Source: Squalus acanthias (taxonomy: Eukaryota). Taken from it: 64,000 nucleotides of DNA. The translations under genes were made by a program, and so were the position numbers. Below the pieces are notes generated by a model. That model did not search any database, was not told the DNA's origin, and worked only from the letters and a program-made list of their open reading frames with translations. The stretch is from assembly GCA_030390025.1 (NCBI GenBank), contig CM059425.1:215636001-215700000 (forward strand). The letters are read 5' to 3'. Positions 47,655 to 60,049 of the stretch are shown here, piece by piece; position 1 is the first letter of the stretch, and the number at the start of each line of letters is the position of its first letter.

Positions 47655-50489
47655 CTATAAAGAGAAAACAAAGCAATTAGATAAACTGATCTAACTGTAG
47701 AATTTTTTTTGTTACTTATGAAATTCATCTACTAAACTCTGAAGGTTTGTACAACTTTCCTAACAATCAAGCAAAGACAGAGTGCTGCCCCTAGGCTGTG
47801 AAAGCTTGTCATTCTCCCATTAGCTGCCAAGTATGGAAAACAATGTAACCTTTAATGTCAGCTGGTTAGCCAAGATGGTGGAACTTGGAAAGTGGTTTTG
47901 GGCATATCAAAACTGGCATTTTGCCACTCTGTGCATGAATGAGGACAAATGAATCAAAACTTAAAGTGATCTAAATTGACTAAAGTGCATTTTCAAGTAT
48001 TCACAAATAATTTGGACCAAATCAGTTTTCCAGCTCTGTTCAGTGCTCAACCCACATGGGAAAAAAACACTGCCGTGTAAGTGAAGTCAATTTATTTTAT
48101 CACATTATTATGGGCAATTACAAAATGACATACTGAAAATACTGCATTCTCTGTATAAATGTTTGAATGGAAAAAAGTGCTGATCAACTTTAGAGACAAC
48201 ATATCTTTGCACATGACTAAAGGCAGCTGTTCTCAATGTTCAGCACAAAATTACAATGAATTAAATGCTACACTTGCTGGAAGTGGACTGCTTTGTGAAA
48301 GGTTACAGCTGAGTCCTATTACAAGAGAAAACTGCTTCTATCAAAGCCAAGCCAGCTGGCAGGGCCCATCGGAACGCATACTGAACACATCTTTCACACT
48401 GCCTTGCACTCATTCTGCATGTTTGCACCCTTCTACAACTTCCTATTCACAATTCAGAGAATCTCGTAATATTATCTGCTGCATCCAATTGTAGCCTAGT
48501 AACAAGAAACCTAATAATGTGGAAGAAATGCTACCTTGTCCCAGATCATGTCCAGTGTGAGGGGAAGAATACAGAGTGCTTTAATTATTTCAACAACAGC
48601 TATGTTAAACAGACGAATTAAAAAACAAAATGCTCCTTCATCCCTATTCTTCTGGAATAAATGATGCTTTTGTTTTGCCTTTATTATTTGTTTCCAATGC
48701 AATTCAGGGTTTTAACACAACACAAGTACATTTTTGCCATTTTGTATGTTACTGTTTAATTGACGATGGACAATGAAGGGCTGAGTTTATGTTACAGAGT
48801 CCACGATGCAGAAAAGATAATTCAATTGCAGATTGTTTGGCTGTGTTTAATACAGAGACAATAGCATTTACTTAAATCTATAATACACGTATGGATTTGT
48901 TTATGCTGTCTTCTTTCTTACTTCTGTGTTATTTTTAATTACCTGTGCAAACCTTGAAGAATGATTGTGCACGCATCTCTTTCCCACCTACACAGGTGTA
49001 TCAGCCATATCATCCATTACTCTCTGACTCACCTTCAGATATCTTTCTCTTTCTTTCTCTCTCTTTCTCTAGTGTCTATCCCTTTATGTACTTTTGAGGT
49101 GCAGTGTCCAAAATGCAGCCTGCATCCAAATGCAGTCTGAGAGATCCTTTGAACTGGACTGCAAAACCTTTGCTGGTTCTTTGCATATTTTTGCGCAAAT
49201 CTGATCACCAGTGGGCATATCTCAGCACTTGCGCCAGGATAAGCCACCTGTGGAGTTGTGACCCCCTCGCCTCTAATGTTATTTTTGTCAATGTATACAG
49301 TGAACTGCATTATAATGCTATTATTTTCTATTCTTTAAAGTATTTTGCTGCAGATTTCCTATTATCCTAATTCTCACTTTCAATTATTTTTGTCAAAAGA
49401 GCTATACCTTTATTTATCTTTCTCTTTAAATTGACCGTGACTAATTCTGTCTGATAAATTCTGATATTTTCAGTCTCTCTCCTTCTTCCTTATTTTTGCT
49501 GTTCAATGTCTTTGTGTTCTCTCTTTCGGGAGCCATCCTACCACATGTCCTCCTGTCCTTTTCATCTTTGTCGTGCTCTTCCATGTCTCAAATAACACAT
49601 AGATGGGGGTAAGTGATTGCTCTTAGCACAGAGCTTCATACAACAGGAGTGCACTTCAGGAATTTGGCCATGTGGCCCATTTCACTGTATGTACTCCTAG
49701 TGCAAAACTCTGTACGAGGAGTTCTTTATAAGGGAGCCAAAAATTTGTTCAAAATTTTTAAAGATTTTCAGGTGTCCAAGTCCCAGGCCTGGACCCTCAG
49801 GTAGGACCCACCCTGCTGTCTGGCAGGCCACCTGCTTTCCCTGGACATAACAGCCTGCTGGAGGATTCATAGGCTGGGGACATGGAAACTCCTGGTCTGG
49901 GAGTCCATAACCCCCTGGCCATGCCCCCTCTGAATCTGGTGACCTTGTTTAAAGTGGGTGGAGGCTCTGCCCCAATAAGGAATCACATAGAATAGCAAGG
50001 AAATCCAGGAAACATATCCAGGTCCCAGGCTAATTTCCAGTCCTCACATTACACTCCTGCCAGACTTACAGAATATTCCAAAAACTATAAAAGCTTCACC
50101 AAAGAGGGTGAATGAGTAATTTTTTGCGGGTTTGGAATCAGTGTATGAAGTAGCAATGGAGAAATGCCACAGAGGAGAAAGGAAGGCACTCGAGCTCAAA
50201 GTGGTAAAAATAAATGTATTGTTAAATACAACGTCAAAAAGCTGATTCTGATTGGGCTCTCCTAGCAAGTAGCGGTGCTTGCAGGCAGGACTAGTCAGAA
50301 ACTGAAGGCCCATTGTGCCCGATTTTCCATTCACTAATTTAAATATACTGAAAATCTGGGGCCAGGGCCCTCCATTTCCTGACCAATACTTAGTCTGAGC
50401 CCTGCTCAGGCCAGGAGCGCCCGATCAGGGAATCAGCTCTCAGATGTCATGGATAGTTTGGAAAGTATCCACATAAAAGAGTTAAAAAA

Positions 50490-50690
50490 CTGCAGATACT
50501 GGAAATCTGAAACAAAAAAAGGATAATGCTGGAAACTATCAGTAGATTAGGCAGCATCTGCGAAGAGAACAAACAAGTTAACGTTTCAGGTATAGACCCT
50601 TTGTCAGTTCTGAAATGCTAACTTGTTTGTTCTCTCCATAGATGCTGCCTGACCTCCTGAGTGTTTCCAGCCATTTCTGTTTTTGTTTTA
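50490..50690. repeat. Palindrome made of two inverted Penelope pLTR pieces
   Basis: Left arm GCTGGAAAC...GGCAGCATCT...GAGAACAAACAAGTTAACGTTTCAG pairs with right arm CTGAAATGCTAACTTGTTTGTTCTC...AGATGCTGCC...GTTTCCAGC. Confidence 0.8.
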
Positions 50691-50762
50691 CGTAAAAGTA
50701 GAATTAATCTCACCACGTTACAGGATGAATTGGAATATAAAACATTAATAATTTGTAATAAC

Positions 50763-50930
50763 AACAGAAAACGCTGGAAAAACTCAGCAGGCCAGGCAGC
50801 ATCCGTAGAGAGAGAAAGAGAGTTAACGTTTCAGGTCGATGACCTTTCATCAGAACTGGGAAGAGCTGGAAATCAAATAGATTTAAGGCCAGGGTAAAGC
50901 TGGGAAAAGGGGGAGGGGATAAAGGAACAA
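50763..50930 (-). mobile_element. Penelope pLTR fragment
   Basis: Homologous to about 3040-3210. Confidence 0.8.
50821..50857 (-). ncRNA. Minimal type I hammerhead ribozyme motif, sense to the GLIS3 pre-mRNA
   Basis: Minus strand AGTT-CTGATGA-A-AGGTC-ATC-GACCT-GAAA-CG-TT^AACT; helix II fully Watson-Crick. Confidence 0.75.
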
Positions 50931-51114
50931 AGGAGGAGATGAAGAGACATTAAGAGACATTAAGAGATATGCAAGGCTAGAGGTGGTGTTAATGTGACAG
51001 ATTAAGGCTGAATGAAGTGTGAAATCCACTGGCAGAATGAAGGACAGCTGCAGTATTAATAATTTGTATCTTTTCAATGTGTACAATTAAAGGAGCAGTT
51101 CTATTCACAATAGT

Positions 51115-51860
51115 CACTTACATTTTATAGCACTTTTAACACATTAAAATGTCCCAATGTGCTTCACACAGGTGAGAGCAGACACCAGACGGCAATAGAT
51201 GAGTTACGAGAGATGACTGAAGGCACAGTTGAAAAGCTACATTTCAAGGAGCCTTTTAAAGAAGAGAGAGATGTAGCAAAGTAAAAGTTTCAGAGAATAG
51301 GGCTGACGTGCTGAAGGCTGTGCCACTGACAGAAAAGTGGCAGGAGGAGGGGATGTAAAAAAATGTACAATCATTAGAATGAATGATACAGATTGTGAGA
51401 TGGGGCTGGAGGTGGTTGCAGAGGACTGTGGAGTTAGGTAATGAAGCGATTTGTAGATAAGTGCAAGGATTTTTGAATTCAGTTGCATTGGAAAACAGAT
51501 ACTCAGTGAAAGGTCAGGCATGACAGGTGTGATGGCTGAGAAGCACTTGATGCAAAAAGAGGATGTGGGCAGTGTAGTTTTGGATGAGTTGAAGTTTGTG
51601 CAGGGTGCAGCTCAGGTACCATCGAAGAAGTCAAGTCTGGAGGTAACAAAATTGTGGATCAGTGTTTCAGCGGTAGTGGGAGTGCGATAGGGGCAGAAGT
51701 GGGCTGTGTTGCTGAGGTAGAAGTAAGGTCGTGTTTATTTCCAACACCAAACAATCTTGGTAATGGATAGGATTTGGGATTTGAAGCTCAGCTCAGGGTT
51801 AAAGAAGACGCCGAGGCTATACACCATCTGTTTCAGCTTGGGAGTAGCCAGGTAGAGGGG
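51115..51860 (-). mobile_element. Decayed L2 3' region
   Basis: L2-like tail and minus-strand KILALIYKSLH. Confidence 0.65.
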
Positions 51861-52425
51861 TCTTTTGCATATTGGCTGTTTATTTTTTGCATGCACTATA
51901 AAAATACCTGCAAAAATAAATATTTAATAAATAAGAGAATGCTGTTTAAAGAATGCAACAAGCTGTAACATTGTTTGTGTTCTAAAACTATGAATCTTCA
52001 AAGGAACTGGATGTTGGCCCCATAAACTCTACAGAATGGCCTTCAGAAGACTCAAGAGAGCTCTGAATGGGTACCCCCTAGGGCTATGAGTAGTAGGAGG
52101 CCAACTGGTTTCTTAGTTGTATGCAAAGCCAACCAGCTCCACCAGTTCTGTTTAGCCAAATTGCAACATTGTCAGGTCATTGTGCATCAGAGTGTTACCA
52201 GACTACATACTGTCAAGGATATTTTGAATGGTCTTATGAAACAAGCAATTACCTTCCTCCAGAATCTCTTGGGTTTGTAATAACCAGTACCTGTCAACTG
52301 TGATTGCTTTATCTTGTCTGTTGTAGTATACTTTCTGGCTTTTAGATTTCAATGGCGCAATTCAGTAATGTTTCTGCCAAGTCTTATGCCACAGACGCAA
52401 AGTCCTTCAATTGGGAGGATTAAGA

Positions 52426-55388
52426 GGGCTAACTTTCCAAAATCACATTCCTAGTGAGTAAAGCTCCGTGTTGGGAGCATAATGCCATAAAATTATCTCT
52501 ATAATATGTGACAGTTTCTTTTTAATAGTCAATCTTATGCAAATTAGATTTAAAGCAGTATTGCAATGAAATCCTGTTCTTTCCAATGGGTTTGGGCAGT
52601 ATGCGTAGCCTGCCCATAAATAGTGGCCTTCCAGAAAGTAGCTTCTTATCAACAACAAAGTATAAGTGACTTGTGCATTTATATAGCGCCTCTGATGGAA
52701 ATGCATGCTGCACTTTATGATCCTCATTGAGTTTTTGGAGGTGGAAGAAGAGGATGAAAGAAGTGATGCGCAGGAGGTCCCCTTGCACCAGAGGTAGATT
52801 GTCTGAACCCTCCATTATCAACACAGATGTCTGAAGAGAACTGCCTTCGCAGGCTGCTTTTTACCAGGGAGGCAGTGAGAGAGCTATGCCATCTGTTGCA
52901 ATCTGGCCTCCAGACAGATCCCAGCACATGGACAGCACTATCAGTCAAGGTTGCTACTGCCCTGAACTTTTATGTCTTAGGCTCCTTCCAAGCCACTGCA
53001 ACAGTCAAAGCGGAGTACGCAGGTGCCTCACACAGGTCACTTATACTTTGTTCAACAGGACAAACATCTTCATCACTCTCCCGATGTAAAAACAACTACA
53101 GAATGAGGGGACACTGCAATTCTTTTGTATTGCATAATTCCCCAAAGTCCAGGGAGTTACTGATGTAATGTAGCCATCCAGATTTCTAGAAATAATACCA
53201 TGATGTCTATGAAGTGCAAAGGGTTCCATCACTGTTTAGGTGGTCCATGATATGATATGATAGTGCAGGTTAATACCCACTTCCCAGGCAGCAGTTATAT
53301 ATTTTTTAAGCAATTCTCTGTGCCTGGTTTATTCAAAGGAGAAGTCAAACTTAAAGGATGTCTCTTGTAACTAAGGCTGCTTTCTGCAACCCTGGCTAAT
53401 GACACCCCTGTGACAGCCATGGCTTGAAGCTGAATGTAGATACAGTAAGGCCCATGCATCTACCAGGGTGATAACAGAAGAAACTGTTGGTATGCTGAAG
53501 CAGCACTTCAGATGCCTGGACATATTAAGGATTCCTAACCAGGATTACCAACGTTATCGTTGACTGATGCAGGCGGCACAACCTCACTATCCAAAGAGGT
53601 GTAACCATGAAGAAGGTGGAATTCATCCACCAGGGAAGGCCAGATCAGAACACTGATAAGGACTCAGAGGATGTCACTGCTGGAACATCTTTGTAGCCTG
53701 AAAGAGTGGCATGCCAGTCTCTCATGGTGGAGGCATTCACCATGTGCATTTAACTAACCGCCATGTCTGCATGTGCACTATGTTATGGCCAAGACACCAT
53801 CACCAACATTGCCACCTACACTACCTCAACTACCATAGATATCCATCCTTTGATCTCCCGCATATTCTGCACTATCAAAGTAAACTCAGAAAAAGTTCAA
53901 ATAAAATACAACTAATTTATTTCTCTCTAAGTGTTTGTGATCCTAAAGCTCTGCAGGTTGAGGATCACAGTAAAATTGTTGAATGTGTCTGTCCCGCCCT
54001 CTGCTATTGCTCCTGCCAAAGTTGGGGGGGTTCAGCGTGGGAGCCCAAGATTTGTCTGGCAGCAGAGGCATGGGGCACATCTGGGATGCCTCCTTTCCCT
54101 ACAAAAAAGGCCACTAAGTGTACATGGCTAGGTGGCTGCTGGGCTTCTCCCCAGATGAAACATTTTGCTGCCCCATGACCCCCATACAAAGGAGTTGCCT
54201 GTAAATCATTAAAAAATATCTAATCTTCAGGGGTCCAGGCCACAATCTAGGAGGGGCCCACTGCTAGCATTTGGTCAGCTGGTATACGTGGTCAAGGGAT
54301 ATGGGGAGAAAGCAGGGACAGGGTACTGAATTTGGATGATCAGCTATGATCTCATCAAATGGCGGAGCAGGCTCGAGGGGCCGAATGGCCTACTCCTGCT
54401 CCTATCTTCTATGTTTCTATGTCACACAAAGTGTACCAAATCTGACCCTACATCGCGTCCCAACCAAACTCGAGGTATGAGGACTCTGAGTCCCCGTGTC
54501 CCCTGATGTTGATGGCCATATAAGGAAGGGCAGAAGCTCCATCTACAAAACTTGGGTGCAAGGTCAGGACCTGCTATAACTGGGTCCTAACATAGTTTCT
54601 GCTGTGCCAGAGTCCACCAGAACAGCATTGGATTTTTGACCCTTGTACTTGGGGATGCCGGGGTGAAAGAAAACCAAAGTGGTGCAAAGATGCATGTCTG
54701 AGGGTGCTGCAGTGGGGCACTGACCGCAGCCCCCACCCCCGCCCCATGTTCATGGATGGCATTATCCCAAATAAGGGAAAGAAGGAATAATATATTTGGG
54801 ATAGAGAGAAGGAGACCAACCAAAGGGATAGTATGCCAGCAGTGCGGTGCTCGTGGTGGAGAGGGCTCCAAATGGGGCCAGCATGTGGCAGAACGCATGT
54901 ATTGCTTCATAATGAAGTATAACTTCTGCAAGCATTGTTCATTGCTCACCTGGAGGGAACATCACCTTGGTCTATATATGCAGGTGCAGGAGTGTCTGGG
55001 GTGGGGGCCAGATGCCTCCTGTGCTGCCTTATGAGTGTGTTCCCAGACCTCATTCTCATCGTCTTCCTCCAAGTAACACAGACAGACAGGTATTCCTTAT
55101 GGGAATGTCAAAATGTCATCTCTGTGGAATGTGTGAGGGCAAAAAATTGGAAGCCCCAAAACACAAGAAACACAAGACAGAACAGTCAGCATAACACAAA
55201 GCTGAGGGTGTTGCAGCGGAGCACTGACCCCCCCCCCTCCCCTTCCCATGTTGAGTAGGCACTTCTAGCTGATGACACCATTTCTGGTGGTAAATTGCAA
55301 ATTGTATAGGTGCGAGGGTGCAGCTTAATGCATCACCCCCCAATTTATCATGCCAACCCGGCCTGAAATTGTACTTAAAATCTAGCCC
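52426..55388. mobile_element. Highly decayed Harbinger element(s): transposase remnant (+, about 52740-53690) and a second transposase N-terminus (-, about 54840-55050)
   Basis: MSEENCLRRLLFTREAVRELCHLL, ALNFYVLGSFQA, WLMTP, AHASTRVITEETVGMLKQHFRCL; minus-strand SNEQCLQKLYF; ends AGAGGGCTA / TAGCCCTCT. Confidence 0.65.
54290..54422 (+). mobile_element. CR1 3' tail fragment
   Basis: GGCCGAATGGCCTACTCCTGCTCCTATCTTCTATGTTTCTATG. Confidence 0.8.
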
Positions 55389-56217
55389 TCTAGTTCTTGC
55401 CTCCATATTTTTGTTGCTTCTCCTGTTTTTTTTAGATTTCTGCAAAAGGACCCACAAAGCTTTGGAGTGGTAAGTTTTGTGCTTACCACTTTCAAGTTGG
55501 TCCAATATCATGAGACTTTCCTGAGATTATCCCTAGTTAAATATGGATGCTGGGCGGCGGTGGGCGGGGAAGATGCGAATTGTGCAAGTCAGCAACTGTT
55601 GAAGGCTGAAAAATTAAAGGGATGAGGCCATTAAAGGTAAATGGCTGCAAATGAGGCAACATTTAATTAGCCTTTACAAAGCCAAAAATATTTTTAATGT
55701 ATATTATATCCTTTCCAATTGCTGTTTGGGGCAAAAAAAATGGCTGGCAAATTCCAGAGGTTGGCACAATATATGTGCAATAAGTAAACAGAGTTTGTAG
55801 GCGAGTGATGGAGTGGCATTCAAACCCCCTATCTGATGGGTTAAAAAGTGGAGGTGTTGCTGCAAGAGGACGTTTGTCCTGTTTGTCACTCTGGGGCATT
55901 CTCCCCAGAGTTTGAAGTGCTTGGTAATCTTTTTCTCTGGCCAATGTAATATCTTTTTGGGGACACATGGATGTTTCTTCATTGTAGAGCTTTTTTTTAT
56001 TTTGGTCTTACCTTTAAGTCCTGATTTTCCGAGTCCAGGAAAACTGGGCGATGCATGATGCTGCACATATGGGGGAGGGTGCTGTCCTGGTCTAATTTTC
56101 TGAGTTAATGCCATGTACAGGGAATCAGGCCTACAAGATAATTGGCCGGCAATCAGAAAACGGAGTGAGCCAGCAGCACTAAAAGGGCTGCTGCTGGCCC
56201 TTAATGAGAAGTGGGAA

Positions 56218-56512
56218 TGAACTTGCATTTATATAGTATCTTTCATGTCCTCAGAATATCCCAAAGCATTTCACAGCCAACAAAGTAGTTTTAAGTGTAG
56301 TCGCTATAGTAATGTAGGGAAACATGGCAGCCAATTTACACACAGGTCTCACAAAGATCAATGGCGTCAATGACCAGTTAATCTGTTTCAGGGCTGTTGG
56401 TTGAGGGATAAATGTTGACCAGGACACTTGCTCTTCATTGATTAGTGCCAATAGGATCTTTTATAACTACCTGAGAGGGCAGATGTCTTGGTTTAATGTC
56501 TCATTTGAAAGA
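56218..56512 (-). mobile_element. DeuSINE-like fragment
   Basis: Reverse complement resembles 19540-19858. Confidence 0.7.
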
Positions 56513-58078
56513 AGTGTTATAGCTGGGTGGAGGTTAAGGTGAAGCATAAATGTAGAATTTGTGTACTAATGGCTATGGGGAGGTCCCTGACATTTAGCAG
56601 CAATGCCTTGAAGGTCTTGATGTAGGAGATGTGGTGAACCAGGGTGACTCTCTTAAAGCACAAGATCAGAGGCCTGGTTGGAGTCCTTGGGGCAAGTGAA
56701 TGCAGTGTCCTAGGTCCAGCAGGAAGTAACTGGGAGAAATTAGGAAAATGTTCAGTGGCATCAGAAGTGCCATGGTAAATGTAGGCACCTTGGCTTCCAT
56801 GTGTATTTGTACTCTTTATTTCTTTATACAAGAAATGGTCCCAGTGTAATTGTCCATGTGCTTTATACTCAGAGAGGTCATCTGAAAAGTTATTACATAG
56901 CATTGCCCCTTTTTGCAGCACACTGTTCCATAGAAGCTGTATGGCACATTGCCAGTAGGGAACAATTGCTCCATACACAGAGATCTTGACAGGTCTGGCA
57001 CGAAGAGCCATGCTAGGAACAACACCATGCAGTAGGAGAAGTCTAGGCTAACAAGAGACGTGGTCAAGAGCAATTCAATGTGGACTTTATAACAGCAAAC
57101 TCCCTAGTCAGAAAATCAGGTGCGGTGTGAATGCAGCACTCAAAGTAAGAGGCTTGATTTCCCAACCAGCTGCCATTGAAGCTCTGTCTCACTTGCAGAA
57201 AATGTACCCTTTAATTTAACTACGCATCTCAAGTTGTTTATAAGATTCTCATTGCTTTAGAAACTTTTAATATTTTGTGTATGAAGATGGCCCAGGTTTT
57301 CAGTGGCCTTCTATTGTAGTCAAAGTTGCAACGGCGCCAAGCCAAGCATGACTGAACCCGATGTACTGTTTCACCAGTACAAACAGTTCAACTTTTGTGA
57401 AACATGCTGTCCTGTGTGCGAGTTCTCCTTCATTGCCATTTTGCACCTCTTTACTGCCACCAGTGTAACACATCATATTCAATTTTATGTGCCAAGTAGC
57501 TAATTTCCACCATTTCAGCAATAAATTTGAATAACGTCAGCTAACATTTGACAGAAAGTCAATCAGTGGGCCAAAAAATTCAGTATTAATGACTCAGTTA
57601 GAAGTGTATGCGATTACTGCCAAAGAGCTGTCTACAGTGGCTTTTGCACCCAACTGTTCAAATATCTGTCAATTACTCTAGGTTCATTTCAAAGAATATA
57701 CAAGTTAAAAATTGTTATCTCCATAAATTTAGTATACCCGTGTTCCTAAAAATGAGACACACTGGAAAGAAGCACGGATTATGAATAATCCTGATTCTCT
57801 GACCTGTACTCCCTCTGAACATGGTTCCTCAGTGGGAGCATGGGAGTGATTAGTTCTGTCGTGGTGAACACAGTCATCTTTGAAGAGAGGCAAGCACAAG
57901 CTCTTTACTTAACTGCTAATCAATTGAATCTATCACTCAAAAGAGAATTAATTGATCATTTGTATTTCAAGAAAGATACTTGAATCTGTTTTGATAAGTA
58001 GCTCACTGATTTAAAAAAGAACATTCAGTTCTTATTCACATTTTTACATTTAAGGAGACTTAAAACAGTTTATATATC

Positions 58079-58806
58079 GGCCCATATTTTCCGACCCCCA
58101 CGGGTGCGTACGAGGTGTGTATGCACCCATAGGGGCCGCGCAAGTTCTGGGTTTAGGCATGCGAAGCGCATGCGCTGAAACCCGGAACTTGTGATCTGTC
58201 AAGAATTCTCTTGCCCAAGAAAAGTGCCTCTGCGGGTGGAGAGTTGCGCTTTTTGCTCAACTTCCACCCGCTGAAAGGCCATAGAATTCTTACGCCTGGT
58301 AAAAGCAGGCGTAAGGCCTGTTTTTACCAGCATGAGTTAAAAAAAAATAGAAAAATAAGATTTTATCACTCACTTATAAATTAAAAACCCTGTCCAATAA
58401 GCCCTGTTAAAACATATTAAAAAAATGTCAAAACATTTTTGTTTAACTTATTAAATGCCATTTTAATTAATTTTATATATGTAATGCTTTTTCTTTATTT
58501 ATTTCAGTGTGTTGGTGCTTTTTTGTAGTCATCCCCATTCATACTTTTGACAGTTCCGTGTGTACGGAACTGTCAAAAGTATGAAGGGGGATTCCCTTCT
58601 TCCATTGGTTGAGCTGGCCCACGTGATCCCAGGGACGCTTGCGAACCGCATGCGCCCCTGGGATTCGTGGGCCTCTGCGCATTTCCAAGAGGAGAGGCTC
58701 AGGATCGGAAGCCTCCGTATCTCTGGGACCAGCAGGTGGGTTCGTAGATTTTTTGCTGATCGGAGGCATCTGCCTGCAGGAAACCTCTGATCGGAAATTC
58801 AGGGCC
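58079..58806. mobile_element. Harbinger-type MITE with several internal hairpins
   Basis: TIRs GGCCCATATTTTCCGA / GGCCCTGAATTTCCGA; GC-rich ends and AT-rich core. Confidence 0.75.
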
Positions 58807-59569
58807 GACGTTACTGAGTGGTAGTTATTACCTTTTAAATTGAATTCTTCATCAACATCAATTATACTTTTATTATAATAATTTCTAGAAAAAATATATT
58901 TTGAATCCATTTATTCCCAAGATATTAAAATGAAATGTTTATTGACTACACACACAGATGATCACTGAATGATTCTGAAATGTTGACAGTTTAAGTTGTC
59001 AATCAGTCATGAGTTCACAGCTGCAGTGGGGCGTGGGGGTGGTGGAGAGAAGCATTGGATTGTTAGTGGGTAAGCTGCCTTCAATATATATCCTTAATTA
59101 GAAATAACTCAATAAAACAAACATGGAAAAACACAAAAATGTTCTCCCCTCTGGGAAATTAGGAAAGATGGATATGGAGATAAAACTGAACATGACTTGT
59201 CAGGGAAAGACTCCAATATTTCCAACCCCCCACTTGGTGAAAACAAGCAAGGCAGATTTGGAAGGGATGGCGAGACAGTTTAGATTTCAAGCTGGTTTTG
59301 CTTATATAACGTTAGTGCTTTTTATTGACTTATAATCACAGAATTAAAGTCTGTAGAAAATATTGGTAATCTGCAGAAAAACTGGAAACTGAGTGGGGCT
59401 GAGGGGATGTGAATTGAGTGACAAAAGCAGGGCAGAAAATTCTATTGTAGATCAAAAAAAAATATAGCAATGTTCTCTTTAAAATTTATATCTGTAATGC
59501 TACTTTAATATGTGCATAGGATTTCAGATAAGAACATGTTTTTGTCATATCTGTTGGTGATACCCACCC

Positions 59570-59903
59570 CCAATTTTCTCACCTCTTCTCCTGAAGGTGG
59601 TGATTTATGACAGGATACAATTACACAGGCAATGACCACCTACCAGTGCCTTTATGTGTGAGTCCAGAAAATGAGTATTGACTGACATCTTAACTGTGGG
59701 GAGCTATCATAGCAGAGCCTGATTCAGTTCTCATCTGATGTCTATGCACATACACTTCAGAGCAGAAAGTTATCAGGACAAGGAATGCTGGCTGACTTTT
59801 CCCTTCCATAGTCCAAATTGTTGGAACAACCGCTGGTGTACTTACTGCTGCTGCCATGGCTGAGTTCAGGTAGCCCAGTGCTGCACAGGGATTGAACCTG
59901 GGG
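59570..59903 (-). mobile_element. LF-SINE-like element
   Basis: Minus strand TCCCAGGTTCAATCCCTG...CTCAGCC...GGGAAAAGTCAGCCAG...CTCACACATAAAG...CCTTCAGGAGAAGAGGTGAGAAAATTGG is collinear with the recalled LF-SINE consensus. Confidence 0.65.
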
Positions 59904-59918
59904 ACTTAGTAATTTGAG

Positions 59919-60048
59919 ACATAAGAACATAAGAAATAAGAGCTGGAGTAGGCCATTTGGCCCTTCGAGCTTGCTCTGCCATTCAACAAGATCATGGCTG
60001 ATCTTCTACCTCAAATCCACCTTCCCGCACTATCCCTATATCTCTTGG
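59919..60048 (-). mobile_element. CR1 3' tail fragment
   Basis: ACATAAGAACATAAGAAATAAGAGCTGGAGTAGGCCATT. Confidence 0.75.
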
Positions 60049-60049
60049 T

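Noticed and set aside
56517-57011. 164-aa minus-strand ORF
   Set aside because: No recognisable domain or GLIS3 similarity and no convincing splice pair; possibly decayed LINE sequence
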